Program-made: the position numbers and the translations under genes
Notes under the pieces: generated by a model
Database searches by the model: none
What the model saw: only the letters and a program-made list of their open reading frames with translations
Told to the model about the DNA's origin: nothing
DNA from: Gnetum montanum
Lineage: Eukaryota > Plantae > Gnetophyta
Direction of reading: 5' to 3'
NCBI GenBank assembly: GCA_015680685.1
Contig: MNCI01003473.1
Coordinates: forward strand, 328,898-392,897
Length of the DNA stretch: 64,000 bases
In this document: piece after piece, positions 1 to 12,740 of the stretch
How the letters are laid out: the number at the start of each line of letters is the position of its first letter
How positions within the stretch are numbered: the stretch's first letter is position 1

Positions 1-1560
1 GATATATTTGAGAGGAGACAAAATCTAGGCACAGAGTCCTCGGACGAGTTTGTACCTCAATCAAAGCACCATCAACTGATTATAAGCATAGGAGCTTTTG
101 CCAACAATCCAAACTAGCATTGAACTACAACAACCAATCCATCCCCAAAATTACATCATACACCCCAAGAGCCATAACATGTAAATCACTAACCCATTGC
201 ACACCTTCCAATTCTACTAGCACATTTCTACACACCTAATCAACTCAAGTTTCATGACCCCCACTAGAAGATACTATCAACCCATGAGAAGTAGAATGAT
301 AGAAAAGAGCTACATGATGTGCAATCATATGATCTATGAAAGAATGGCTAGCACCAGAATCAAATAACATTAACACAAAAAATCCAAAAACCATACCTCC
401 CATCTCCATCACTATGTTTGGCTACACATCCAAAGGTTGGTCTATTAAGGCATACACCCATCCTTGAGTCCTCTAGTCCCCTCCTCCAAGTTGAGTGATT
501 GGTGCTCCCTGTCCACTCTGAATTGGAGGTTGCTACCCTCAGCCTCTACCTCCTCCACTACTACCTACTTTCTTTGGGCACTCTTGAGCTTAATGCCCTA
601 GCTACCCACATGAAAAATAGTTCTAGCAATCCCTCTACAGATGACTAGGCTACCCACATCTATAACAAACAATAGCTCCATGACGAACTCCAATAGTAGG
701 ACCATGAGTAGGTGTTGGATGCTCTCCTCCATGACCACAAGCTTACGTAGAGGGGCCAGGCCTCTCTCCTGATGTTGGTCCTCTCTTCTACCTTTATCAC
801 CTCTCTCTACATGTTGTATCCTCCTGTTGACTCCTCTCTAAATCCATGGCTACTACTCTAGCTTCATCATAGGAAGTTAATTTAATAAATAATAGGTGAT
901 CCTTCAAAGATGGTCTCAAACCTCAAACAAACCTATTTGTCCTTGCCCAAGCCTCTGTCTGCATCTGGGGTACATAACTACTTAGCTTAGAGAAATAGGC
1001 ATCATACTCCACCATAGACTAACTACCTTGATACAAATGGTAGAACTCATCCTCCTTGGCCTGTGCATATTGGGTAGACACATAACGATATCTAAAAGAT
1101 GCTAAAAAATCATCCCATGCCACCTCTTGACCAATCCATCCCTTGGCCTACTCTTCAGTCATCCACCAACGTTGGGTAGTACCAACCAATTGACAAACTA
1201 CTAATCAATTCTACTAAACTGATGAACAACCCATCAAATCAAAAGCCTTTTGCAATTCCTCCAACCATTCTATAGCCACAATGGGATCTTCAATGCCATC
1301 AAATTTTGGAGGTCCCAATTTCTAAAACTACTCCACGAGTTTTGCCTGTTTGCTTCTCCTAAGCCTCCACTACCACTATCACTTTCCACTTCCCTAATCA
1401 TGGGAACATGAGCAAAAGCATCATTAGCTATAGCATGCTGTTGTAGGATCTGTAACAATTGTTGTATAAGCTCTGGTTACCTATTTGCAGGACCATTGCT
1501 ACATGTTGGAGGAGGCATCTCTTATCCATCATTAGATCACCAGCACTATGACCATATCTA
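1..1560 (-). pseudogene. Decayed gag-protease of a Ty3/gypsy chromovirus (Tekay/Del-like); continues past the left window edge
   Basis: Minus-strand motifs: gag KLGPPKFDGIEDPIVAIEWLEELQKAF (~1245-1325), zinc-knuckle remnant (~625-670), protease LFDSGASHSFI (~333-368) and DVILGMDWL (~132-160). Many stops and frameshifts. Confidence 0.9.
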
Positions 1561-1634
1561 CTATACATCTCTATAACCTAAAATTACACAAATGGGTGAG
1601 TACCCCCACCATCATACAACATCAGGGTAAACTA

Positions 1635-1646
1635 GCTTTGATACCA
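1635..1646 (-). promoter_or_regulatory. Primer-binding site (tRNA-iMet type) of the Tekay-like element
   Basis: Minus strand reads TGGTATCAAAGC (canonical TGGTATCAGAGC), 3 nt after the LTR end ...GGGGTGTTACA. Confidence 0.85.
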
Positions 1647-2928
1647 CAATGTAACACCCCACCCTAGCTTAGGGTAGGGTGATGCCTAGGATCAAGTAAT
1701 ATTAGCACAGAAGCATGATATCTAGAACCAATAATGTGCAGAATACAAGATAATAAGAAAAATCACATGGTACAGAACTTTCCTACCATACCAAAAACTA
1801 AACATACATATCACATCATAATAATGCATGTCTCTACATAAGCAAACTATACACTACTCTACAAAAATACAAAAAAAAACACATAAACCTAATCATCGTA
1901 TATAGAAGAGTATAGTACAGAGAATGTCATACAAGGATATCTAGTCTAGACTACTATACATGAAAATAATACAATAAGCAAGCATTGAAGGATTTCCCCT
2001 CCTCTACTCTCTCTCTCTCTCTTTATGCTCATCTAGGCTCTTGTGCTTTTCCCTTGTAATGAAATAAAGTCAGTACACAACTGAGTGGGAAGCCTTTACA
2101 CTTCCCCTACTAGATGGTTAACAAGTGCTACACTAGAGGAGAGGAGTGGTATATAAGGTAACCTGCAACACTATTAGTCTCATGCATGCTCACAACACAC
2201 ACTATATCAGCTAACATATGATCATACAAGCATAGACAAAGCCATGGTCCAACATCATCTATCATGCCCGTGTCATCATACCCATGATATACCATAAATA
2301 GTCCATGATCTACATAATCATAATCCCACAGAACACCTATTCTCAATGGTATGACTCACCAACCAATACTATCACATACATATCCCATGTGGTTGCTAGC
2401 ATATCTGAGCTTAGTGTAGCATGTGAAACATTGCCATAAGTACTCATAATAGCCATTTCCTATAGGTATTTTATCAATCTTTTATTTATCCAATTAGAGC
2501 TAGGGTCTGTCAACCTATGACTTGTAACCATTAGTCTTCTAGAGGATTGGCAATAAGAACAAACACACCTATGCCACAGACCAGCCATAGAGATGAACAC
2601 ACCTATGCTCTCCCACTCTCAAGATGAGGCCTGAGATAGGAGCCTCACTAATGCATCATAGTGGGGGTCAATCCATACTACCTCCAGGGTGCCTCATCAT
2701 CAACTGGTCCACACCCAAATGCTTGCACCACCCACCAACAATTATCATAAGCATCGTCATGAAAACATATACACAATCGAGCTAGCTTAAGCCAACACAT
2801 GTCAAAAGTACCACATACCCAAACAACATAACCACACATCTCCACCCCTAACAATTATAGTCATTCCAGGAAAACAATACCACAATGCAACAAAATAACA
2901 TGAAGACCTCAATATGACAAAACAATAC

Positions 2929-4146
2929 AATGTTCCTCAAAAGACATGTATTTTCATACAAATGACCACTAAAATAACCTTCAAAATGATATATGCCCAA
3001 GAGAAAACTAATCCCATGTAATGTTCCTCAAAAGACATGTACTTCCATACTGATGAGTGGCGAGGTACCCCTACACTCAACCATATGAATACGAGCGTGC
3101 ATGCGCGATCTGGTCAAACTCCGTAGACTAAATGCCTTAACACCACAAGAAACACTTCGGGTTAATCGTTCGTTGTCTTCCCAAGCTTGCTTGTAAGTGT
3201 CACGATGTATGATTAAGCAAGTCTGAGGTATGTGATTTTTTTGGTATTTTTCAATTTATCTTCTATGCTATCAGGGGAAAGGGTTGAGAAACTAAGCTAA
3301 CTCTAACTAATGATCTAAGTCTAAATTAACTAGCGTCAGCATCCGTTCCCACTTACCGGACACACCCTGAACTATGCAACTGTGGCTTACCAAACGCTAA
3401 TCGTTACTGGGATCACCACACGTAACGCAAGTGCTCGAAGTGGTCGTACTGAGGCACCTATTTAGCTTAAGTGTGATAAGCAGCCGATTCCTTCGCTCGC
3501 CATACACACCCGTGGGTGCTCGTAACTAAGTCATACTTATCACACATCTAGCCTAGCAATGAGTAGCTGATTCCTTGACTAGCCATACACATTGGACTAC
3601 CACTGGGATTACCAAGTGCAGAATCCTGGAATACGCTACTGGGTTACCAAGCAGCCAATGCTCGTAATCAAGTCGTACTCATGCGTTGCGACAAGCAGCC
3701 GATTCCTTGACTAGCCGTACACGTCCATAGACGCTCGTAATCAAGTTGTACTTGTGCGCACTAGGAAAGCAATAAATAAACAACAATAAAACCATGTACT
3801 ACAAGGTTTATCCAATCAAGTTTGTCTTTATTGCCGTACACAACTTGGGTTCAGGTTACAAGCTGCTCGAATAAAGAGCCGTTCACTCTAGGACTCCTAC
3901 TGCGGGCACATGGGAAAAATTCAAACTCTGGAGTGATCAATCTACCAGAGCTTTGCTACTTCTAGCCAGGATTGGGAAATGAAGGGAGTGCCGCCTCTTA
4001 TTTATAGATATGGCAGCGGACCGCGATATCGCATGGGATATCGCTTATGCGATATCGCGGCACATGCAGGTCGCGTATCATCACATACAAATGACAACTA
4101 GAATACCCTTCAAAATGATATATGCCCAAAAAGAAAACTAATCCCA
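2929..4146. repeat. 91-bp tandem duplication in the Tekay LTR; second copy split by the solo LTR
   Basis: AATGTTCCTCAAAAGACATGTA...CATACAAATGAC...GAAAACTAATCCCA at 2929-3016, repeated at 3020-3050 plus 4089-4146. Confidence 0.85.
3051..4083 (-). mobile_element. Young solo LTR (1033 bp), Athila-like family
   Basis: Termini TGATGA...TCATCA. Perfect 5-bp TSD CATAC at 3046-3050 and 4084-4088. CpG-rich. Minus-strand TATA (CTATAAATAAG, ~3997-4007). Its end is homologous to the LTR ending at 61530 downstream of Athila-type pol. Confidence 0.92.
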
Positions 4147-4569
4147 CAATTAGAAAGTGCTTTCCACGACAATCCCAATGATACTAATTTTGCCTGAATC
4201 AGACTTTTGGAAGAAAAGTTATGTGCATTCAAAGTTTGATTAATAAAATAATATTTTGAATGCCAAAAAATGCTTGCATCCCAGTAGGCCCCACAAATAG
4301 CGTATTCCAATCATATGAGACTCATCAACACCATAGATCATATTCCATAAGTCCACATCAACCCATACATCCCATAGATATTAATAAACAATTTGTAACA
4401 AAAATCGTACAATTTTGGAAAACATACAAAATAACATGCCTATGCTTAGACTTTGACCTAACTGCACCACATGCCCCCATCGCATGATTATATACACTAA
4501 TCTAGCACAAAAATATAGGAAAAAGGTAAAGACAACCCACCAATTAAAATTGTTGGGGTTAGAAAGGCC

Positions 4570-5292
4570 GAAATAAGGAGAAAATCTTCAAAGGAACAAC
4601 AATTCATGGACTGATTTATACTAAAGGAAATGGATAATTTCATGCCTATTCAAATGTTGATTAGAAAGGAGATCATGATTATAGAAAATGTACATCAAGA
4701 GTTATATTATTCCATGGATACAATGCAACATATTTGAAAACTAAAAAATAAAGTTCAATGAGTCTCTCAATTTGTGAAGTCGAATTCATACCTATGGTTA
4801 AGTGCATACAAATGTGCTTTGGCTAAAAAAACTCACAATACACCTACGATTTCAAGTTCATCTTTTAATAAAACTATTTTGTGACAACACTGCAACCATC
4901 CAATTATCAAATGAACATGTGCTACATAAGAAATCAAAGCACATAGACATCAAATATTACTTCATCAAGCAAGAAGTGAAGGAGGAAACCTTCACACCTA
5001 AGCATGTGTAATACAATGATTAACTAGTGGATTTATTAACTAAACCTCTACTAAATTACAGAAATGAGTACCTTCAACATGGTGTAGGTATCATAAAAAT
5101 CTAAGAATCAAACAACAAGATTAGAAAAATCATGCATTCCATAGTAAAGAAAGGACTATTACAGTTAGTGTGTCATGTTGAATTCATTCAACAAGATAAA
5201 CAAAGAGAAAAAAGAATAAGATTTCATTTGTTATCACTTCAATCAAGAAGACAAATTAAATTTTATATTAGTAAAATGAGTTAATGGGAGGA
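4570..5292 (+). pseudogene. Ty1/copia RT C-terminus and RNase H remnant
   Basis: KGTTIHGLIY, SMSLSICEVEF, LFCDNTATIQLSNEHVLHKKSKHIDIKYYFIK and DLLTKPL motifs. Purine-rich PPT-like tract at ~5276-5292. Confidence 0.88.
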
Positions 5293-5784
5293 TGTACTTA
5301 GTTTTGGTCCCAATCCATTCTCTTCTTTATTATTTTTCACTGGTTAATGACTTTTCATTAACCCCAAGTATGGCTTCAACATTTTTCTATAAATATGATA
5401 GCCATACATAGATGTAATGAATTTTTTTTTATGTAAGAAAAACTTGATAAAAATTTTCTCTCTTAAGTTTAACTTCTTAAATCCTACTCTCTCATTTCCA
5501 CATTGTTTTTTATCTAATACCATCCTCAATAAGATCCATAGGTTCTAATTCAAATCTTCATCCAATCAAGTAGAATACTCTTCATTTTATCCTTTGTGCT
5601 TATTCACAGCTTACCATAAAAGACAAAAGTGTTCTCTCCAATTTTCTTAAATCTTCTATCCTCTAAAGTAATGTATTACAATTATCAAGATTTCAAATTA
5701 AAGAACATCTTGAGGCAAATCCATGAATATCAAATTTTTTGTTTTTTAATTTGCAAACTCAACAAACAATAGCATAATGGTTTT

Positions 5785-6265
5785 ACCATGACTTATCATC
5801 AACTCATGGTATTGTAGGTTTCTCAAATCACAAACTCATCCCAAGTTATGTTATCCTAGTTTTTAGGTTTTCATAGACCACGATTCATGGTACACTTATG
5901 GTCCAATACCATGAATCCAATACAACTTATGGTTAGATCATGGTATCAACCATGACTCATGGTCAACTTATAGTCAATTCAAGATTGAAACTATGACTCA
6001 TAGTTGCCTCATAGTTGAACATCTAGAATAAGGAAAATTTGCCATGACTTATGGTGTACTCGTGGTTCAACACCACAACTCATAGCATCCAACAATTTAA
6101 ATTTTTTGTTATTAATCATCACCACAATTTGTAGAATCCTCATTGTCTAGTTGTGGAATCCTCAAAAATTAATCCTCTTTATTTCCATCATTACTACAAA
6201 TTGTGTTGTAATACCATGACCTTTGGAATTACACACCATAACTTGTGGTTAAGTCATGGTTAATT
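5785..6265. repeat. Degenerate array of a ~15-bp quasi-palindrome (ancestral ACCACGASTCGTGGT)
   Basis: Many ACCATGACTCATGGT / CCACAACTCAT / CTTGTGG variants, with surviving CpG forms CCACGATTCATGG (5878) and CTCGTGG (6059). Confidence 0.7.
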
Positions 6266-6341
6266 CATGCTTACTTAAAATCCAAAAATTTTTAGAATCA
6301 AGGTCAAATATTAAATCCTCATCTTCATCTCATACAACTCT

Positions 6342-7237
6342 TCATGTGTGTGCTACTATATCATTATAGCTACAATATCATAGCTAGGACATTGTAGCTA
6401 TAATGTCATATGTTTTCATATGACATCAAAAATATGGTGTATCTGGGATAAGTAAACTTTATAAATACCATCCACCTACTATATTGAATGCATCTTTTGA
6501 TCACCATAGTATCCAAATTATTGTAATTCATTTCTACAATACTTAGAATTTATCCATGAGTACCTATAGCATGGAATTAAGTTAATTATATGAAGCCTTA
6601 TTTAAGTAGATTGTACCTAAACACCATCCATGAATGGTAATAAGATTAAGATTAATTACTATTCATTATAGAAATTTGACATAGCCTAAATTTACATTTA
6701 ATACACTTTATATCTATGCAATTTAGCTTAATTTTTACTATACTACACACTTAACTAATATTTTAAGTTTCATCACACATTTATTACATAGCATGAGTAT
6801 GACCAATTTTGAACATAAATATACTAACATTTGATAATCCCAATAGTGTGTCACTTGGTATGCCCAACAATAGATACTTGGTAGCCTAGCAATATTAGTG
6901 TAAGTTCAAGATGTGTATGAAAAGTTGGGAACAAATGGTCATTACATAGGCTAAATTAGATTTACTTCTTACACTTACCTTAGGTTAAATTAGATTTTAG
7001 TTTTTAATATTTTAATATTATTTTATCATGTCCTAAATAACATTAAGATCATATGCCTCAATTACACTTAACTATATGCACTATGACTATAAGAATGTAA
7101 TTGTAAAGATAGCAACATGTAATCAAAAACTTAGCTATCTAGATACCACACTAGTCTAGTCCATGAATTACGATCACGTCACTTATGTATGCTTGTAATT
7201 TTTGTGATTGAGCATTGGGACTACTTGCCACTCACCA
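6342..7237 (+). mobile_element. Old solo LTR, relative of the LTRs at 3051-4083, 52670-53355 and 60694-61530
   Basis: 6790-7237 aligns by eye with 52940-53350 and 61085-61530. Ends GCCACTCACCA (cf. GCCACTCATCA). Flanks ACTCT/CCTCT are a possible decayed TSD. TATA-like TATAAATA at ~6460. Confidence 0.65.
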
Positions 7238-7299
7238 CCTCTTTATCTACTATCTTACTATAAAGCCCAAGAAAAAGTTATGAATACTCTAGAAAAAGT

Positions 7300-8200
7300 G
7301 AAGCATCAATTTCTTTACTCTCACACTAAGGATGGAAGCTTTTATTCTATAAAATGGGATTTTATTTGTCAACCTATTTAGGAAGATGACTAAATTATTT
7401 GAAATATTTACCACATTAATCTAGTATTTCTTGATAAACTTATTAGGTAGCTTTACATAGGGGATAGGCCATGGGTTCCAATGATGTGTACCAAATACCT
7501 TTATTATAATCTTTTGTTTCAAAATGCACCTCTAATAACTTGTGCTAGTCCAAACATGGTAGTGTTTTGAAAAGATATAAGTTTGTTTCAAAATATATTT
7601 ATTAGGGTGGTTCTAATCAATATAAGTTAAATGATGCTTATGAAAAGTTGGCTCTAAGTATTAAGGATCTTCTAAGGGAAGCATAGTAGAAGACTATTAT
7701 GATTCTAAAATGTAAAATTTTTATGTCTAATGTCTACATGAAAAATTATCTGTAAATGTTCTTTTACAACATAAAGGTTTGATTACAATTGAGCTTTATA
7801 TGAGGTGCAAGACATAACCTAAGATCATTAATCATGGTCTATTTTAATGTCCTGCTCTAATCATTTTGACAAGAGTTTGCGTGTATGACTAGTGCACATT
7901 ACAAGTGCAGATCTATTCAAGATGTAATTTCTTGAACTTCTCAAATTTGGGAAAAAAGAAAGTGTTGCAAACATAAAAATATTATTGCCTCTATTCTTCA
8001 TAACTTATGGTATTATAAAAACTGGTGGGTGTTCAAATAGGAACACTACAATTACAAGATTGATGTTCTAATATTTGTTATAGTTTACTTTTCCTATTTC
8101 ACTATCATAGTGGTGGTAATTTTTGAAGAAAAACTCCTTGAGTAACTCAGCTTTATTCATTTGAGAGAAATATTCATATGATTTTGTATTTTTCTTCTCT
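7300..8200 (+). mobile_element. L1-type LINE ORF2 C-terminal remnant (zf-RVT region)
   Basis: IKWDFICQP (cf. VxWxxICxPKxxGGLG) at ~7348 and CLHEKLSV...RC...INHGLF*C zinc-finger remnant at ~7730-7860. Confidence 0.6.
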
Positions 8201-10699
8201 ATTTTAATGTTTTAATTTTCTTAAATTAATTTGTCTGTATGGAAGATGTTCATTTATTTTATATTGGAATCTCTAGTAGCTCCACTTTTGTATAGCCTCT
8301 TTTTTCATTTTCTAGTTTCTAGAGTTTCATTTCTATCTTTATACAACTAAAAATATAATTAGCTCCTAGTCTTATAAGTGTACCCTAGCCATTATCGGAC
8401 TGGATTTACCTTTAAAAATTGATTTATATTTTATTCTCTTAAGCATTTCTTTTTTGTCATAATTTAATAGTACCTCAAAAAGTTATAAATCTTCTTAGTT
8501 TTGGATTATAGCACATGTTGTTGGATCTTCTTCTAAAATATATAACACTTGTGTTACATAAAAAATTTAGAAAAGGACCTCATCCTTTGCAAATTTCATA
8601 TCATGATTCAAATGTAATAGCTCATATAAAATTTTTGAATAAAAAATTAAAAATAATTGAATTTAAAAGTCAAAATCATAGTTTATGAAGTATAATATAC
8701 TCCACTATTTTTAATGATATACATTAAATATAATAAGAAAATTCTAATTTTAATTATAGTTTTTATAATATTAATAGTTCTACCTAAGTTTTGTATAGCT
8801 TTCTCTTAGATTGGATCACCTTCTAAATCTAATTAATCTTTGAAAGAGCGTTAAATTAGTTATAAAATAGTATTCCATACACACCTTATTGATCATTATG
8901 TCACAAGTTTCTACATATGATCCATTGTTTCCAAATTATACTATTTGTTTTTAAAAAATGCCTTTTATGGGTAAAAAACCTTAATAATGATATCTTAATG
9001 TGGGGTGTGACTATTCTAACTCTTTTCTAGAATGGTATAGAAACAAAAATAAAATCTATCATTATTCAATAATATTAATAAGCAAATATCTATAGATGAG
9101 TTTTAGGAGGTAACAGAAAACTAGCACTTTCCTACATAATAAAAATAGAAAAAATAACTACCTTCCAAAAATCAAATACCAAAAATTTATTTTTCTATTC
9201 TCTTTTAACACTCATTTTAATATCAAAAAATTCTTAGAAAAAAAACATACCAAAATCACTTATAAAGTATTCTAAATTTGTCCCGCTAAGAATTTAAAAA
9301 GTTACATTTGCAACGTTGAAATAAAATGGATCTAAAGCACTTAAGGTTTTAGGAGCTAAGATGTAGAGAAATATCTTCTTAGGGTTTTCAATGTTCATTA
9401 TCCAATCAAAACTTCCTCCACAATTTGGGGATGAACTTACAATTTAGGAATGAACATTTCTCATATCTACCATCTCGCAAAAACAATTGCAGCTACAATG
9501 ACTAACCATTTTTATGATAATGATAAACTATTGTTTTGAAGTTATTTAACTATTTTATATCATTTTTATATTTATATTTTCAATCAAGTAGCTATAGCAC
9601 ACATATTCTTAGAGTTTTATTCTTTGTGTTGTTTTTTGAAAGCAAGTATGCTCCAACAAATCCCTGTACATTTTACTTAAGACAACTACAATTTAATTTA
9701 AGTTTTAGTTTCTTGCAATATCACTATCATATTGATCTTCTTTCTAACTCTTAGGAATTCAATGCTTTTCATTTTTATTCTTTATTTTTTTTTTTTTTTT
9801 GATTTCTAGGAAAAATATTAGTAGATTGCATAGGTATATGTGGAATAGAAAAATTCTATAGGAATCCAAAGATGATTTTAATAATACAAAGAAAACGTAA
9901 GTACACCTACTACTTGAAGGAAGTGCATTCTTTGCTAATATACTGATATCTTTTTAGAAGGAAAGATAGTGATAAGTTCACGTTTATGTTTATCACTACC
10001 TTCAAAGAGATGAAAAAAGCTACAATAGGTAGATGAATTAATGATAGCTTTTTATGCACGAGTATATACTTGAAATCATAGTTCATCATGTGTGCACTTG
10101 ATGATAGCCCTTTTGAAATTAAACCTATGACTTCCACCATCGCACATCATATGCTCTAGCCAAATGAGTTTCTCACTAATATATAATCTACAAAGCATTA
10201 ACATATAAACTATAAAATAGTCTACTTAAGTAATGAAATATAACTTACTATTTATTTTCTTTTATCTTTTATTATACCAACATAGATGAAAAATGGGGGT
10301 GGAGAGGTTGTTGAACCCTACAAAATGAATCATAATATGAAAAAATTCAAAATACATTAGAATATTGAAGAGAGAGTCTAAAGAAAAAACCAAATGGCTT
10401 TGGAAATGCCTTTTCATATTTTCATCCTTACAGCCAATCCTGAAGAAAGCTTCCCATCCTTAGCCTTCAAAACAAAACAAAAATTAATACTCTAGAAAAT
10501 AAATTAATTATTCAATTTTCAATGGTAGCATTTTTGCTTGAAGTTGTAGTTGAGAAGTGACATCTTTGAGAATTTGATATTTAAGTCCTAAAGAGAAGTC
10601 ATATTTAGGCTCTTACTGCTAGTAAATAACTATATATTGAAGCTTCTAGATAGAGTTGAGAATAAGGGATCAAAGACACTTCCAAACATAAAGAAAAGA

Positions 10700-12740
10700 A
10701 ATAAACAAAGTAGGTTGATCACCAAAAATAGCTTTATTAATTATTAGTTGAAAGTTGTTACAAATTTTAGATGTCCATTTCCAAGCAGGTTGAGTAACAC
10801 ACTCAAAAAAATATGAAAAAATGAGTCTTTACCTAAAATTTAATAAATAAAACACCATTAAAAATACAAATTTAGGAAAGGTCTAAGCTTTTCAAATATT
10901 TTTCATTTTCCTCATCTAATAGTATAAAGATAATTGCATTTTCCATGTCTTATTGAATTTGTTATGGATAACATCCTTCTTTTTAATAATCTCATATGAA
11001 CCTTTGGAATTAAAGGAAAAAATAAATTTGACATCCTTCTAAAAAATATCTTGAAAATCTTGATACAAACTATTGTCAACTTTAAATAAATTCTTAAGAT
11101 TAAAAATTAATTTTTCAAAAAAAAAATCCTCTTTCTATTTAAATCATACAAGTTAGAACCTTCATTCCATGTAATCCATCTATCATGCATATGAAAATAA
11201 GAAACTGCAATGATACAAAATTTTCTCCAAGTGTTATACAATCAAAATGAATTAGTAGCCTAAGCTTCTTCATTAAAAGGAAGCCATCATGGACTAATTT
11301 TTGGAAGCATATCTTCTGAAATTGTAATATAATTTTAAGTTTACTACTTCGTAAGCTTACATCATATCTTCCAAATTTGTTTAAAAACTAGAGCACCATA
11401 AATAGAAATGGCCTAAGATAAAAGAAGGTAATGAAGAAAGTTGTTAGAAGATCCACTACTATCATTCTTAGGCTTTTCTTATATAAGTTTATTTCTTAAA
11501 AAGAATATCCAAACATCATCTCCATTAATAGATTTTACAATTCATTTTGTTGCAAGAGAAATATTCTAGTTATAATAATTAATAAGGTCAAGTCTTCATC
11601 TTTCTTACTTCTAGTGCAAATATCCTAAGTAACTCTAGAAAAGCCTTTTCTATTTTTCTTAGTAAACCAAAGAAGCAATAAATAATAGGATTAATTCTAT
11701 CATAAGAAGTTTTAAAAGGAGCCCAATAACTAAACTAATAAACATGAGTTGATTAAAATACCTTCTTAATAACTCAAGCTTTCTTTATAAAGCTTTTCAT
11801 TTATCAAGCTTTTTTCCCATCTTATCAACCACCTAATTCCAAAAAATAGTATGATTAGGCTCAAAAGAAAAAGGTATTTCTAAAATTTTGAAGACAATCT
11901 TTTTTTCAAGATTTTCCAAGGCTTGAGGGTTACCCATTCATCAATACTATCATTATAATAAATAGTAGATTTTTCTAATTAATATAAGAGCCAAATAATA
12001 TGCAGTAATCCTCCACTCTAGCTAATAGAGTACTAATAAGTTGCAAGGAATTGTTAATCATAAAAAAAGAATCATCTACAAAGTGCATGTTAAGCAATTA
12101 TGTACCTTGATCATCAATTGCAATTCTCTTTATAATATTCTTTTGTAGATCATAATGCAAATTATGTGAAAGAAAGTTTGTAGCAATAATAAAAAGATAT
12201 GAAGCTAGAGAACAACCTTGATGAACTAACCACTGAAAGAACAAGAAGAAACTGAATCCAAAAATCTATAGCAACATAAGCATTAGTATCAATGAGCAAG
12301 GTATAGATAAGATGAATAAAATAATCACCAAATATCAATTTATAGAGATAAGAAATAATGAAATTCCATTCAATCCTATCATAAGCTTTAGTATAATCTA
12401 ACTTAATAAAAGAAATGTTTTGGTTAGTATCAAAAGCCCATTACAGTCCCTCCTAAGTTGAAATAACATTATTTAAGATATGTATATCTTTAATAATACC
12501 CCTCTACTTAGGTCTAATGATATCTTTTATAACCTTTTGAATGTCATGCATTTAGCAAAAATTTTATAATTTTTGTCAAGAAGAGCAATAGGCCTCCAAT
12601 TACCAATACTCATATTTTGAGTAATAGATGAAAAATGATGTTTTAATTTGTAGAACAATGTTCCAATCCTCGTATCCTTAATAGAAAAGTTGCAAATTTT
12701 TACAAATGATTGCATTGTTACCAATAATAACTCTACCATT
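10700..12740 (-). mobile_element. L1-type LINE ORF2 (RT) remnant
   Basis: Minus strand GNWRPIALLDKNYKIFAK (ORF 12527-12739), LDYTKAYDRIEW (~12365-12405), QGCSLASYLFI (~12185-12222) and HFVDDS (~12070-12088). Confidence 0.85.

Larger units (their letters stand above)
1650..4570 (-). mobile_element. 5' LTR of the Tekay-like element, interrupted by a solo LTR; distal end truncated or uncertain
   Basis: Terminus TGTAACACCCC at 1650 next to the PBS, with a small terminal hairpin at 1655-1681. Non-coding sequence runs until copia RT begins at ~4570. Confidence 0.65.

Noticed and set aside
3400-3760. Repeat-spacer-like pattern suggestive of CRISPR
   Set aside because: Irregular degenerate modules inside a eukaryotic LTR, with no cas genes.
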